64,000 nt of DNA from Hypanus sabinus (GCF_030144855.1 NC_082719.1:81530001-81594000), one strand, 5' to 3'; shown: positions 24,621-38,774, numbered from the stretch's first letter. A program made the numbers and translations. The notes: generated by a model not told the origin, from the sequence alone.

Positions 24621-26046
24621 TGGATGAATATTCGTTCTGTATTAAATATGTGGTTTTAGATCTTAATGGATATTATTAAAAAAAAGCTAAGAACTTGAAT
24701 CCCACCCTGCCCTCCTTCTAAACAATTGCAATCTCTTTAGCAAACTCACTTCATCAGAACCTGGAAAGCTCAGTGGGACAAGACAAGGAACACAGTCCCT
24801 GGAGACATAATTTTAAAAAGGCACCTGGTGCAGATCTACTCTGCATTTACTCTACTCAAGTCTGACTTAAACCAATAAATGCAGCTTAGCTGGATTCCTC
24901 CATACACCTACCGTTCATTTAACCCTAATCCCTCTGCCATTCCAATCTTCTGATTTCCTTTTGGTCCTCCTAGACCATCCCACCAATCTGGTATGTGAAT
25001 TACAGGAAACTTTGTATGCTTTTAAAACTTCCCATATTAAAAGAAAATTGGCTGATCCTTGATTATAATCATGACATACTACTTTCAAAAAACAAAAAGG
25101 CTGTAGAGGCTTGGTCTAAAATCTAGACACCAGCCTCAGTTCCTCAGCATAGGTGGTTCACAGCAGCTACTCAAACTTAGAAGCTCAAAAGGAGTTATTA
25201 ACCAGGAGCAGCACTGCAGACACTGTGATGAAAATCCAAGATAAAAACTTCATGCCCCATAATATCAAATCATGCACAACCTGATTTCATGCCAGACTAT
25301 GGCCTTACTTGTTCAAGAATCCAGAAGACCTGTCTATCCTAGAGCTAGTAACCTAGGGACTAGTTTCCCATCTTGCAGAAAAGTGCAAAAAACTTGTTTT
25401 TTTAAATTGCCGTGAAATGTTGCCATGAGAGCTTTCTTCTAAATGAAAAATACATTTTGAAGACTATCAGCACTTCAGTGCACGTCCAAGCAGCAAGAAG
25501 TTTCAATTGGTATATTCTGCATTATATTTTCTTTTTGCCTTTCACATTATGATATGTCATACAATGACAATGCAGAACATTTTGGTCCACTGAACCTGTG
25601 CTTCACCCAGGATCTTCTGTACCTCAGTGAAGTTTTGTATAGCCCTTGGTGTGTGGTTCCAGGCCCAAAACCCCAACCCATAATCTCACTATTACTGTTG
25701 GAATACTGTACAATTTTAGTTATGACCATTCCACCCGACCGTTGATGTATTCATCCTTCCAATTAGCCCACTATTTCCAGCCTACAATTCTGCTGTACCT
25801 CCACACACTCCCCAATCTGCAACCCTATATGATCAGCACCTTTTAATCTAAAATCATCATTTTAATCACTTCTTATTAATTTTATAAAGGCCAGAGAAGA
25901 TTCTTTCTTGTGGCTTTTTTAAAAGTTAATCAAAATCCTTCCCAGAATTTTGTCTACCATTTAGTTTTGTTTATATATTGATATGAGAGTTATCTTTTTT
26001 TGATAATATGAATCTTCTTTTCCCATTTCTTGTATGTTTATGCCAG

Positions 26047-26174
26047 TGAGGATTCAAAGGAAAGACCTTGTAGCCCTACAAGAGACTTCAATCTGTCTCC
26101 AGTATACTGGAGTGCAAGTGGCAGATTTTTAGCAGCTTCACAAGACAAAATCATCAACATCTATCAAGTTGATG
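26047..26174 (+). CDS. HERC1: HERC1-like exon 7 (WD40): CEDSKERPCSPTRDFNLSPVYWSASGRFLAASQDKIINIYQVD
   Basis: gccag acceptor, G|gtaagc donor, phase 2-1. Confidence 0.9.
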
Positions 26175-26723
26175 GTAAGCAAGTTAATCCCCTACTTTGC
26201 AATCTTGTTCTCCTTTTGCAGAATAACTTTCATGTTTTTAATGCAGTGTTTATAGCAAAATGTTAAAAGCCTGAATCAGTTGCAAAATTTAAGTCCATTC
26301 AAGCACAGGAATAATCCATTCAGTGTAATAGGTCCGTACCAGTATGTATGCAGCACAGGAATCTCCTCTTATTTTCCCTTTTCTAAGCACATCTGCATAT
26401 CCTCCTAGTCCATTTCCCCCTTATACTTCACTAGCTTCCACTTAAATTATCAATTCTATTCCTTCAGCCTCTCTTTACAGAAGTGAATTTCATGATTAAC
26501 CAGATTTTTGATTAATAAAAATTTCCTTAATATCAATGACTCGAGGTTTACTTTCACTCAAGTGAATATCTTCTTCAGAATTTCCTTCTCAACTGCTTCC
26601 TTAATTTTTAAAAGTGTGTATCTTCAGTCTTCCTTTATTGTGTTCAGTCTTCTTAACAAATATAACATGGGAAAAAGTATTTTGACCATCTACCCTATTT
26701 ATTGCTGCTCATGATATTATATA

Positions 26724-28340
26724 TTGTGGCACACAAAAGTCTGGGCACCCCTGGTCAAAATTTCTGTTACTGTGAATAACTAAGAAGTAAAAGATGACCT
26801 GATTTCCAAAGAGCATAAAGTTAAAGATGACACATTCCTTTAATATTTTAAGCAAAATTACTTTTTTATTTTCATCTTTTACAGTTTCAAAATAACAAAA
26901 AAGGATAAGAGCCTGAAGCAAAAGTTTGGGCACCCTGTATGGTCAGTACTTAGTGACACCCTCTTTGGCAAGTATCACAGCTTGTAAACGCTTCCTGTAG
27001 CCAGCTAAGAATCTTTCCATTTTTGTTTGGGGGATTTTCACCCATTCTTCCTTGCAAAGGGCTTCTAGTTCTGTGAGATTCTTGGGCCGTCTTGCATGCA
27101 CTGCTCTTTTGAGGTCTATCCGCAGATTTTCAATGACGTTTAGGTCAGGGGACTCTGAGGGCCATGGCAAAACCTTCAGCTTGTGCCTCATGAGGTTTTG
27201 GATTTTGAGGTGTGTTTAGAATCATTATCCTGTTGTAGAAGCCATCCTCTTTTCATCTTCAGTTTTTTTTTACAGATGGTGTGATGTTTGCTTCCAGAAT
27301 TTACTGGTATTTAATTGAATTAATTCTTCCCTCTACCGGTGAAATGTTTCCCTTGCCACTGGCTGCAACACAAGCCCAAAGCATGATCGATCCACCCCCA
27401 TGCTTAACAGTTGGAGAGGTATTCTTTTCATGAAATTCTGCGCCCTTTTTTCTCCAACTATACCTCTGCTCATTGTGGCCAAAAAGTTCTATCTTAACTT
27501 CATCAGTCCACAGGACTTGTTTCCAAATTGCATCAGGCTTGTTTTGATGTTCCTTTGCAAATTTCTGATGCTGAATTTTGTGGTGAGGATGCAGAAAAGG
27601 TTTTCTTCTAATAATTCTTCCAAGAAGGTTATGTTTGTGTAGGTGTCGCTGCACAGTTGAACAGTGCACCACCATTCCAGAGTCTGCTAAATCTTCCTGA
27701 AGGTCTTTTGCAGTCAAACGGGGGTTTTGATTTGCCTTTCTAGCAATCCTATGAGCAGTTCTCTCAGAAAGTTTTCTTGGTCTTTCAGACCTCAACTTGA
27801 CCTCCATCATTCCTGTTAACTGCCATGTCTTAATTACATTACAAACTGAGGAAGCAGCTACCTGAAAAGGCTTTGCTATTTTCTTATAGCCTTCTCCTGC
27901 TTTGTGGGCATCATTTATTTTAATTTTCAGAGTGCTAGGCAGCTGCTTAGAGGAGCCCATGGCTGCTGATTGTTGGGACAAGGTTTGAGGAGTCAGGGTA
28001 TTTATAAAACTTTGAAATTTGCATCACCTGGCCTTTCCTAACAATGACTGTGAACAAGCCATAGCCCTAACAAGCTAATTAAGGTCAAAGACCTTGGTAG
28101 AAGTTATCTGAGAGCTCAAATCTCTTGAGGTGCCTAAACTTTTGCATGGTGCTCCTTTTCTTTTTTTCTACTCTAAATCATACAAAACAAAAATAATACA
28201 CTAATCTTGCTTAAAATGTTGAAAAGAATGTTTCATCTTTAACTTTATAACTTTTGGAGATCAGTTAATCTTCTACTCACTTAACTATTCACAGTAACAG
28301 AAATTTTGACCAGGGGTGCCCAGACTTTTGCATGCCACTG
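26724..28340 (-). mobile_element. Full-length Tc1 (IR/DR type) DNA transposon
   Basis: About 210-bp imperfect TIRs (CAGTGGCATGCAAAAGTCTGGGCACCCCTGG) with inner AAAAGTTT(G/A)GGCACC repeats; TA on both flanks; inserted in a decayed CR1. Confidence 0.93.
26943..27960 (-). pseudogene. Tc1 DDE transposase, disrupted
   Basis: MGSSKQL.., RPRKLS, WTDEVK, QQDNDSKH, SPDLNVIENL; in-frame stop at 27301 and a frameshift or deletion near 27190-27270. Confidence 0.9.
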
Positions 28341-29374
28341 TACCTCTATCAGGTCATCCTTCAACCTTCTTTGAGCAAGGGAAAATGTGCCCAACCTCTC
28401 CCAGTAAATAAAATCTCCACACCAGGGAGTTGATCCTGGTGAATTCCTTCTACGTTCCGTCCAGCACAACCACATCCTTCCTACAGTGTGGTGCCCAGAT
28501 GTGCAGACTAACTAGTGTTTTGTAAAGTTGAAAGATAAAGTCTCAAGTCTTAAATTCTTTGTTATGGCCTTTGACATGTGTCATGTGCCTTCATTATCAT
28601 TGTATCTTCCTGTGTTGCCACTTTAAGGGAACTATGAATTTGGACTCCCTGGGCCCTCTTTGTGTTCATCAACATTTGTTAGTGTCCCTGTCATTTACTG
28701 TGTATGTCCTACTCATGTTTAATTTCACAAAATTTAAGCTTTTTTTTACACTGAGAGTGGTTAAACTCTGGGACTCATTTTCGGAAAAGGCAGTGCAATT
28801 AAATAAAATTATTTTTAAAGCCTATTCATGCACAGAGCAAATAGGCAAGGTAAAAATGGATATTGTCATAAGGGCAAATGTCATTAGTTTTGATGGGCAG
28901 AAAGGTCCCCATGAACTCCACGTGGAAGGCTGTTGTGTTGTATGTGGAGAAGACTGTAAAATATCAGATTTATAAAAAGCAAACTTTTATTTTCACATTT
29001 TAGAAATTAGAGTTGGAATTTAAGACTACTTCCCCAACCATTATTACTTCTCTGTTATTATCTATTTATGAATGAGGATTGTGGCATCAACAAGCTTGCA
29101 AGTTGATTTGGATTCAGATTATTTTCTCACATGTGCCGTGAAATCCATTATTTGCATTAACAACCAGCACACCCAAGGATGTGCTGGAGACTGTGTCGCT
29201 ACACATTCCAGCGCCTACAACACATGCTCACAATATTCAGCAGAACAACACAAGCAACAACAACAATTGAAATAATAATTGCTCCAAGTATAATACTGAA
29301 TTGGTATTTATAAATAGTTTTATCCTTTGATATGAAGCTTTAATAGTGAGGAGAAAGTAATTTTTTTTTAAATT

Positions 29375-29500
29375 AAAAACTGCAGGTACTAGAAATCTGA
29401 AACAAAAACAGAAAATGCTAGAAGCTCTCAGCAGGCTGGGCAGCAGCCCTAGAAAGAAAAATAGTTAAAAGTTTCAGGTTTGGGACCCTTCCTCAGTAGA
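29375..29500 (-). mobile_element. Solo Penelope-derived tail with hammerhead core
   Basis: Reverse strand CTGAGGA-AGGGTCCCAAACCT-GAAAC at 29471-29496. Confidence 0.65.
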
Positions 29501-29649
29501 TAATAGTTATTTTTAGTAAAACTGGCTGGTTATGCCAAAAGATATGTTCCTATATATTTGGAAGCAATGAATGGGTATTGCTTTAAAGAAACTTAGAGGA
29601 TATTATTTCCTACTGCCTCTGCCTTTAAATAATACTTCATTACTTAGCA

Positions 29650-30030
29650 AATTCAAGATCAAGTTTTTTTATCACCTGACTGTACGTATATACAACCAAA
29701 TGAAGCAATGTTCCCACGACCCATCGTGCACCCACACATAATATATCACACACTGCACATAAACCAAAATATTATATTTTAAGTTAATAAAATATAATAT
29801 AAAATGAATGTAGTAAAGTAGGGCACAGTTAAATTGTACGGTAAACAGCTCCCCGTCCCTAGTGACAAGACCTCGCTGATTGCAAGGTGTTCATTGGTCA
29901 CACAGCCTGAGAGAAGAAGCTGTTCCCCAGTCTGGCAGTCCTAGTCCTGATGCTTCTGTACCTCTTTCTTGATGGTAGTGCATCATAGAGATTGTGGGAT
30001 GGGTGGTAGGGATCCTCAACAATGCTCTTG
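29650..30030 (-). mobile_element. Rex1/Babar 3' fragment
   Basis: SRKRYRSIRTRTARLGNSFFSQAV-like ORF end on minus strand. Confidence 0.65.
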
Positions 30031-30136
30031 TTAAATTAACTTTTCTTACATGCCTGTCTGCATCAGTTTGTTCATTCTCTGGAATTTTCAATCTGATTAT
30101 GTCATTATCTATGTCATCTTTTTCTCTTTATTTCTT

Positions 30137-30800
30137 CATAGAACATAGAACAATACAGCACAGTACAGGCCCTTCAGCCCACAATGTTGTGCCGACCCTT
30201 AAACCCTGCCTCCCATATAACCCCCCACCTTAAATTCCTCCATATACCTGTCTAGTAGTCTCTTAAATTTCACTAGTGTATCTGCCTCTGCCACTGGCTC
30301 AGGCAGTGCATTCCACGCACCAACCACTCTCTGAGTAAAAAGCCTTCATCTAATATCCCCCTTGAACTTTTCACCCCTTACCTTAAAGCCATGTCCTCTC
30401 GTATTCCCTGGGGAAGAGGCGCTGGCTGTCCACTCTATCTATTCCTCTTAATATCTTGTATACCTCTATCATGTCTCCTCTCATCCTCCTTCTCTCCTGA
30501 GAGTAAAACCCTAGGTCCCTTAATCTCTGATCATAATCCATACTCTCTAAACCAGGCAGCATCCTGGTAAATCTCCTCTGTCCAGTGCTTCCACATCCTT
30601 CCTATAGTGAGGTGACCAGAACTGGACACAGTACTCCAAGTGTGGCCTAACCAGAGTTTTATAGAGCTGCATCATTACCCCGCGACTCTTAAACTCTATC
30701 CCTCAACTTATGAAAGCTAACACTCCATAAGCTTTCTACCTGTGAGGCAACTTTCAGGGATCTGTGGACATGTACCCCCAGATCCCTCTGCTCCTCCATA
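30137..30800 (-). mobile_element. CR1 3' end
   Basis: (CATAGAA)n reverse tail; [15 protein letters not shown] motif on minus strand. Confidence 0.85.
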
Positions 30801-30914
30801 CTTCCAAGTATTCATGTATTTATACATTCTGTATCTGCCTTTTTTTTCACTTTCTTCCTATATACCTCTGTCACTTCATTCCAGAAATTGACTTTTTTTG
30901 TATATCTTTCAAAG

Positions 30915-31121
30915 GGAATGACATCCATATGAAAGTTCAACCTTCCTGGGTAACTGCTTTGACATGGGCAGATGTCCAAACACCATTCTTGAATGAAGAC
31001 ATTAACAAACAAGCTGAAGTGTTATTGGTAGGACGACTGGATGGATCAATTGGCTGCATCGAAGCTGCAGAGAATACCGTTTCTGACACGATTAACCTAG
31101 TACATTGTCAGAGAAAAGATG
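30915..31121 (+). CDS. HERC1: HERC1-like exon 8 (WD40): GNDIHMKVQPSWVTALTWADV...LLVGRLDGSIGCIE...HCQRKD
   Basis: tttcaaag acceptor, G|gtatgt donor, phase 1-1. Confidence 0.9.
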
Positions 31122-32034
31122 GTATGTTTTAAATGACAGCAATGTAATTCAATTGATAAAACGATGTGGCACTGTAGCATGTGCGATAAATCTGTTTACA
31201 ATTATAATCAAATAGTTTGTGGTATAATTTTGGGGTGCATTAATTTTGGATCTTCATAATATAGAGTTTTTAAAGATGTTGGTAGTTCTCAGTAAGACAG
31301 AAGCTTCTTCCCATCTAAAATGGATGCATCCCAGATTACTGAGAATGGACATTGCAGTGGATTTGGTCCCATGTTGGTATTTGTCCATAGAGATCAGGAT
31401 GATATCAAAAGTCTAGATGTTGCAGATGTGTGATTCTTATTTTAGAACGTTCTATCAGCATGGTAATTGGAAGAGTCATCCTAACATCTTTGAGACTATA
31501 ATCAAACTTATGACAATATTAAAACTAATCAGAATTTGGAAAATTATAAGGTAATAAAGGAAAGTTGGCTTTGGTTTGTCAAAAGGAAATTGTGCTTGAT
31601 CAACTTGGTGGATTTCAGTTGATGACGGTACTATGTTTGATGCATGTAGGGTCTTTTAGAAGGAATTTTAATAAGTCACAGATTGTAAGATTGTTAATGT
31701 TAGTGTCTTTGATTAAAAGCCTGCAGTTGAGGGAATAGGTAGCTAACTAAGGACAGAAAGCAAATTGGACATTTGCTGGTGTGACTGAAAGGAACCAAGC
31801 AGCAGTGATCACCAGAGAGAAGTGTTGGAATCTTTTTCTTTGCCTTGGATTTAGAGAGGTATTTTTTCAAAATTCCCAGATGACAAATCTCTTATAATAG
31901 TAGCCAGTGAAGGCAATAGTGACAGACCCAAATAAGACATAAACAGGAAAATAACCAGAAATGTGGTCCATAGTGTTAAATTCAGACAAATCTGAAATTA
32001 TACAGTTGCTGGGAAGATATGAAATGGACTATGA

Positions 32035-32800
32035 ATGTGGGTTTCCCTTCCTCCACCATTGCTGCTGCCCTCACCCGCATCTCCTCTATTTCCTGAACAT
32101 CCTCACTCGCCCCATCTTCCTGCTGCCTTAACAGTGATTGAGTTCCTCTTGTCCTTAACTTCTGCCCCATGAGCCTCCACATCCAACAAATCATCATCCG
32201 CAACCTCAACCAGCTCCAAAGGGATCCTACAATCAAACGCATCTTTACCTGCCTCCCTCCTCCCCATCACTATCCACAGGGTTTGCTCCCTCTGTGATTC
32301 CCTTGTTCATTCGTCATTCCCCACTAACCTCCCTCATGGCATTTATCCCTACAAGTAGCTAAAGTGCTATACCTGTCTGTTCACGGCCTCCCTCCCCTCC
32401 ATTCAGGGCCCTAAACAGTTAATCCTGGTGAGGCTACACTTCAACTGCGAATCTGTTTGGGTCACCTGTTGTGCCACTGGTCCCAATGTGGCCTCCTCTA
32501 CATTAGTGAGACCTACCATAAATTGGGGGAACGCTTTGTTGAACACCTCCACTCCATCTGCCAAAAGCAAAACTTCCCAGTGGCTAAACATTTTAATTCA
32601 AATTCCCATTCTGACATGTCAATTCATGGCCTCCTCTTGTGCCACAATGAGGCCACCCTCAGGATGTTGGAGCAACACCATATATTCCATCTGAGTAGCC
32701 TTCGACCTGATGGCATGAATATCAATTTCGACTAGTTTTTAAAATAAAATTCCCTCCACCCCACTCCCTTCTTCTGTTCTCCACTCTGGCCTCTTACCAG
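32035..32800 (+). mobile_element. Penelope-like element fragment (linker and GIY-YIG endonuclease)
   Basis: GFPSSTI.., HFNCES, CGLLYISET..LGERFVEH, PVAKHFN, PDGMNINF. Confidence 0.85.
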
Positions 32801-34560
32801 ACGAAAGCAGCTGAAACAATGTATGGCTGAGGTGACCGGTGTCCCTGATGATCTTCTAGGCTTTGTTTCTGCACCTGCTGCTATAAATGTCCTCAATAGA
32901 GGGTTCACATCCACAGATGCACTGGGATGTCCACACCACTCTCTGCAATGCCCAGCAGTCAAGGTTGGTGCAGTTCCCATACCAGCGGTGTTACAACCAG
33001 TCAGTATGCTCTCAATGGTGCCTCTGTAGAAGGTCTTGAGGATTTGAGGGCCCATATGATACTTCTTTAGTCACCTGACATGGAAGAGTCACTGTTGTAC
33101 TCCTTTTTTTTTTGCCACAAAGGCAGTGTGTACAGTCCAGGTGAGATCAGTGATGTGTATACCAAGGAACTTGAAACTACTCACATTCTCAACTGTCTCT
33201 GTTCTTCCTGGAATGCACAATCAACTCTTTTGTCTTTTTGGACATTGAGGGAGAAGTTGTAATCCTGGCACCACTGTGTCAGGGGGTCAGCCTCTCATCT
33301 GCAGGCTGTCTCATTATCACCAGAAATAAGGCCGATCACAGTCATGCCATCTGTCAATTTGATCAGCAGATTGGAGCTATGTGTGACAGTACAGTCTTGG
33401 GTGTAAAGGGAGTAGAGAAGGGGACACAGCACACACCCTGGGAGGCACCTGTGTTGAGAGTCAGAGGGGCGAAGGTGAGGGAGCCCATCCTTGTCACCTG
33501 TCGGCGATCCAATAGGAAGTCTAGGATCTCACTGCTCAAGGTGGGGTGCAGGCCAAGGTCTCTGAGCCTCCTGTCAAATTTGCTGGGAATTATGGTGTTG
33601 AATGCTGATCTATAGTCCAGGAATAGAATTCTAACGTATGCATTCCTGTTCTCCAGGTGAGTGAGGACGGTGTGTAGTGCTGTGGTTATGGCATCATCAG
33701 TAGACCAGTTCCATTAGTAGGCAAATTGTTAGGGGGGTGGTAGCATGCTGCATATGTAGTCTTAAAACAACCTCTCAAAACATTTGCTTATAAATGAGGT
33801 AAGTGCTTTGGGGGCAGCAATCGTTCAGATATGCTGCCTTGGTTTTCTTAAGTACAGGCACAATGATATACAGTTTGAAACAAGAGGGCACTGCACACTA
33901 GGAGAGGGAGAGATTAAAAGCGTCCATAAACGCACCAGCCAGCTGTTCAGCACACACTTTAAGGAAGCACGCTGGGATGCCATCTGGCCCCACTGCCTTG
34001 CGGCTGTTGACAAATTGGTACGTTCTATATACCTCAGTCTTGGATATTACCAAGGCGCAGGTCTCATCGGTGATGCTCCTCATATGTTCATTCCTATCAA
34101 CCTTGAATCGAGCTAAACAAAAATGTATAGCTCGTCTGGGAGCGATGTGGTAATGTTGGCTGCGCTGCCTCATTTCCTCTAGAAGTCCACAGTAGTGTAC
34201 AGTCTTTGCCATATCCAGTTGTGTCACCATTTTATCACATTGATGGCTCTACATAAATCATAGTGGCATCTCTTGAGCTTATGTTGGTCTCCGGAGACGA
34301 AGGCTTTATCCCTTGTGCTGAGAACAGCACCCACTTAACTATTTATCCAAGGTCTTCTGGGTTGGGTAGACCCGGACTGATTTTTGGGGACCATTGTCTT
34401 CACTGCACTTCCAAATGAAGCTTGTGACCACCTCCATGTATTCGGAGATGTTCTCAGCTCCAAATACCTCCCAGGTGATGCTACCAAAGCCGACTTGTAA
34501 CATTGAGTCTGATCGGTTGGACCAGCAGTAGTTTCTGCCTGTAGTCGGGCAGGAGCGAGA
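32800..34560 (-). mobile_element. Rex1/Babar LINE, decayed RT
   Basis: NSRKAVGPDGIP..LKVCAEQLAG, LKTFYRGTIESILTGC. Confidence 0.82.
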
Positions 34561-35134
34561 TGGAGGAATAGTCAGTCTTCCCAAATAGGGAGCAGAGAAG
34601 TGCTTTGTAGGCATTGTGGATAAATTTTGTGTGTGTTGCTATGAATGGAATCGTGTGATTGTAAACGTGGTGAAGGGCTCAGAGATTAAGTTGATGTAAG
34701 TGCACGTGTGTGACCCAAGATATTTTGTGACAGGGCATGAATTGGAACAAATTTCTGCTAATCGTAAGTACCAATACAAGAAAGGTGTACTAAAACATCA
34801 TACTCAATAGTTCGGGTCTGAACTGAAGTACTATTTATTTCAGGCCACTACACTTTATGAAAGATGATGAAGAGATTTTGAGCAATGATACCAGGACTGA
34901 AATACTTCTGTTTAGTGGAGAAATAAATGATGTTCTCGTTAAAGCATTGGAGATTTGATAGTTGTGTTGAAACTTATGAAAGACTGTTGTAGAGCAAGTG
35001 AAAGGAACTGTTTCTAACAGAAGGACTGTCAATTGCCAATAGGCATAGATTTGTGGAGTCCCACAGCCAGGGCCAACCTTTCAGCTATGCATTGATTGGC
35101 ATTCCAAAATAGGGTGAAGAGACTAGTATATTAA

Positions 35135-35570
35135 GACATTCTGGGCTTGAGGATCTGAGTTATAGGGAAAGGTTGAAGAGGTTATTCTCTGGAGCATAGG
35201 CGAATGAAGGTAGATTTGATTTGATAGAGATATACAAAATTATGAAGGGTATAGATAGGGTGGAGTGAAACTAGAACTAGAAGTCATAGGTTAAGGGTGA
35301 AAGGTGAAATACTTAAGTGGAACCTGAGGGGGATCTTCCTCATGCAGAGGCTGGTGTCAGTGTGGAATGAGTTGCCAGAGGAATTTGCAGGAATGGGTTT
35401 AAAATCAAAATTAAGACATTTTTGGGTAAGTACATGGATGGGAGGGATATGGAGGACTTTGGTCGGGGTGTGGGTTGACAGAATCAGGTGGAATAATGGT
35501 TTGACCTGCACTAGATGGGTCAAATGGCCTGTTTCTGTACTGTATTGCTCTTTGCCTATGACTCTATAAT
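35135..35570 (+). mobile_element. CR1 3' end
   Basis: QRLVSVWNELPEE; CR1-like 3' UTR. Confidence 0.75.
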
Positions 35571-35949
35571 TCTAATGCCCTGGGTTTACATTTTAATGGC
35601 CTGGCACCACATGACAGTGTTTGACAATGGCCTTAAGGAAATTCTTTCCAATAAATTTTGGTGATCACTGACGTGACATTTCAGCTCTTCCAATGCTGGC
35701 TACCTCTCAGCTTTAGTAGCTTTATGGCATTCATCAATAGTGATGTCATCAAACAATCTGATCTGCAAACTGCTTTGAAAAATTCACAAATAAAATGTAC
35801 TTTTATGTAGAGACATTTTAGCAAGCATGAAATAGCAATTAGCAGTATATGTAAAATAGAGTGTAAAATATCATAAACCTTTAACAAACTACTGTATATT
35901 GTTTAGCAAGGGAGAATGCCCAAGGCAGTGTTAAATTTCCTGTTGAGAA

Positions 35950-37272
35950 CTAGTGGTGATGAAGTGTTTTGAGAGGCAGATATTGAAACTTACCAGCTCC
36001 TGTCTGAGATCTGCTGAAATTTGCCCTCCAAAGCAATAGGTCTCAGCAGATGCCAACTCATTGGCTCTTCACACAACCCTGGAGCATCTGGACAGCAAAG
36101 ATGCATTCATCAGGATGCTGTTTATCAATTACAGCTCAGTATTTAATACCATCATCCCCTCAAAACTAATCAGTAAATTCCAAGACCTGGGCTTCACTAC
36201 CCCTTTGTACGATTGGTTCCTGAATTTCCTTACTTGCAGACCCCAGTCAATTCAGAATGGCAAAAACATTTCCTCCACAATTTGTATCAGCACAGGAGCA
36301 TGACAGGGTTGTATGCTTAGCTTGCTGCACTACTCACTTTACACCTTTGACCGTGTGGCTAAGTAGAGCTCCATCACCATATACAAGTTCGCTGATGACA
36401 CATCAAAGGTGGTGATGAGTCAGCATACAGGAGGGAGATTGAAAACTGATTGGTGTCACAGCAAGAACTTCTCACTCAATGTCACAAGACCAAGGAACTG
36501 AATGTAGACCTCAGGAGAGGAAAACCAGAGGTCCAAAGCCGGTACTCATCGGACGAACAGAGGTGGAGAGGGTCAGTAACTTTAAATTCCTGGGTGTCAC
36601 TATCTCAGAGGACCTGTCTTGGACCTATCCCGTAAATGTAATTGCAAAGAAAGCACAACAACGTCTCGACTTCCTCAGGAGTCTGCGGAGATTCAGCATG
36701 TCATCAAAATCCATGACAAACTTCAATAGATGTGTGGTGGAATATGTATTGACTAGCTGCGTTATGGTCTAGTCTGAGAACAACAATGCTTTGAGTGGAA
36801 AATCTTACAAGTGGCAGTGGATTCAGCCCAGTACATCATAGACAAAGCCCTCCCAACCATTGAGCACATCTACGTGACACATTGCTGTAGAGAAGCAGAA
36901 TCCAGCATCAAAGATCCTCACCACCCAGATATCTCACTACTACCATCAGGTAGAAGGTACAAGTGCTTCAGGACTCAAGCTACCAGGTTCAAGAACAGTT
37001 GCTATCCCTCAACCATCAGGCTTTTAAACAAAAGAGGATAACTAAACTCATTCTATTTCTGGTGTTCCCACAGCCTATGTTCTGACTTTAAGGACTCTTT
37101 ATCTTGTTAATTAATTGCTATTTATTTATATTTGCATTTGCACAGTTTATTATTCATTGATCCTCTTTACAGTTCTTTCCTATAGATTTGTTATGTATGC
37201 CCGCAGGAAAAATAACCTCAGGGTTGTATGTGGTGACATGTATGTACTCTGATAATAAATTTTACTTTGACT
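35950..37272 (+). mobile_element. Rex1/Babar LINE, 5'-truncated
   Basis: RMLFINYSSVFNTIIP, FKFLGVTISEDLSW, LLPSGRRY; tail ataataaattttactttgacttt. Confidence 0.88.
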
Positions 37273-37678
37273 TTGGCTATTTTCTAATCAGGCCACTAAA
37301 GCCTCATAATTTCTACTATTAAGTCAAATGTTTTTCGTTACTTTAAATTCTCAACAGAGCACTGATATTTAATGATTACTGCGAAAGGTTACAACACAGC
37401 ACACCCTGAATCACAATAATCTATTTGAAAATTCTGGCTTTCCACATTTAGCCACATATTTAGACTCCAAGAGATGTTTTCAGTGTCACAAATCAAACCA
37501 GTATTTTGGTATAATGTATTACATGGCCTGTTGCTTATCAGTTTATTATGATGTGCAACATGTATGACATACTGTAATTCCAAATATTTGCATTCCCCAC
37601 CCAAACCAATTGATGATGCATAAGTGCATTGTACTTTTAGTGTCATAACCCAGAATCAATATTTTTTTTGTTGTTCAG

Positions 37679-37809
37679 TTGCTGTTCAGTGCATTGCCTG
37701 GTACAGTGAAGGTAAACCAATTGCAGTCGGGTACTCTGATGGGAAAATTTTACTTGGAACAAGAGAGTTCGAAAATGTGGAAGAATCAGTGATATTAGAT
37801 TCATTTCAG
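37679..37809 (+). CDS. HERC1: HERC1-like exon 9 (WD40): VAVQCIAWYSEGKPIAVGYSDGKILLGTREFENVEESVILDSFQ
   Basis: ttgttcag acceptor, CAG|gtaaat donor, phase 1-0. Confidence 0.92.
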
Positions 37810-38038
37810 GTAAATCATAGTTTCCTCTACCTATTTCAATTCTAGAATTGTTTTTTTCCGAAACAGCAACAGACCAAAATTAATAACAAAACATGTTGGA
37901 AGAATCAGCATGTCAGGCACCGCATAGAGATTTTGAAGCCAAAATAACAGTTAAGATCAATGATCTAGTTTGCTGTATAATGCTAAATTTGTGTTATGCA
38001 ACTTATTTTATCTTGCCTTTTTCTTATTTCTGATGAAG

Positions 38039-38238
38039 GAGAGTGTAACAAGCTTGAAATGGGATCCAACTGGTCATCTACTGCTTGCAGTTTCCAGGGA
38101 AGAGATGGTGAAAGTATGGGGAAGAATAGGAAATTCCTGGGTAGCAGTTCAAACTCTTTTTCACTCAGCGTTGGTCAATACTTCAGCATGGTGTCCACTT
38201 CCAGGGAAAGGAGTGGATCCAAGACTAATGCTTGCAGT
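38039..38238 (+). CDS. HERC1: HERC1-like exon 10 (WD40): ESVTSLKWDPTGHLLLAVSREEMVKVWG...AWCPLPGKGVDPRLMLA
   Basis: tgaag acceptor after pyrimidine tract, GT|gtatgt donor, phase 0-2. Confidence 0.9.
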
Positions 38239-38774
38239 GTATGTATCAAAGGAAACTAAAATGCGTTTAATGTACCGTTCCTGTATTTCAAAAAACATAA
38301 TTTCACAAGAACTATAATGGGGAATTCAAAGAAAACTCTTTTCCCCAAAAATGATGAATCTTTGGAATTTGCTACCATAACTGAAATGATTACACCTATA
38401 GGTGGCTCAGCAGACACTAGGCAGAAGTGTTCATTTCTATGCCATATGTCTGATATTGTCCTAATGGAAAGAAAACCGTACCTTAAAACTGAAACGTGTT
38501 GTTCTTTTAAACAATAAACTCCAGGGCAGCCAAATCTATCATGTACTCTCAATTTTGGAATAAGTACATTGGTATTTGTTGTTTTCGGGGATCAAAACTT
38601 AATTAAATATATTTCAGTCGTAAGTTACAAGATCTAGACATATATCTGAGTTTACAAATAACAGCAAGGTTAAATAAGTTGTGTAAATGTGAACGGGAAG
38701 ATGATAAGTAATAGAAGCTTACCAAGTGGATGAAACTACAGAATACAGACTTTCAACACTGGTTCAGTACAAGA

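Noticed and set aside
30764-30914. N-terminal extension of ORF 30764-31132 suggesting a CR1-HERC1 fusion
   Set aside because: Chance read-through of intron; the acceptor at 30914 matches the phase of the previous exon.
38256-38552. ORFs just downstream of exon 10
   Set aside because: No recognisable homology; exon 10 splices in phase directly to exon 11.
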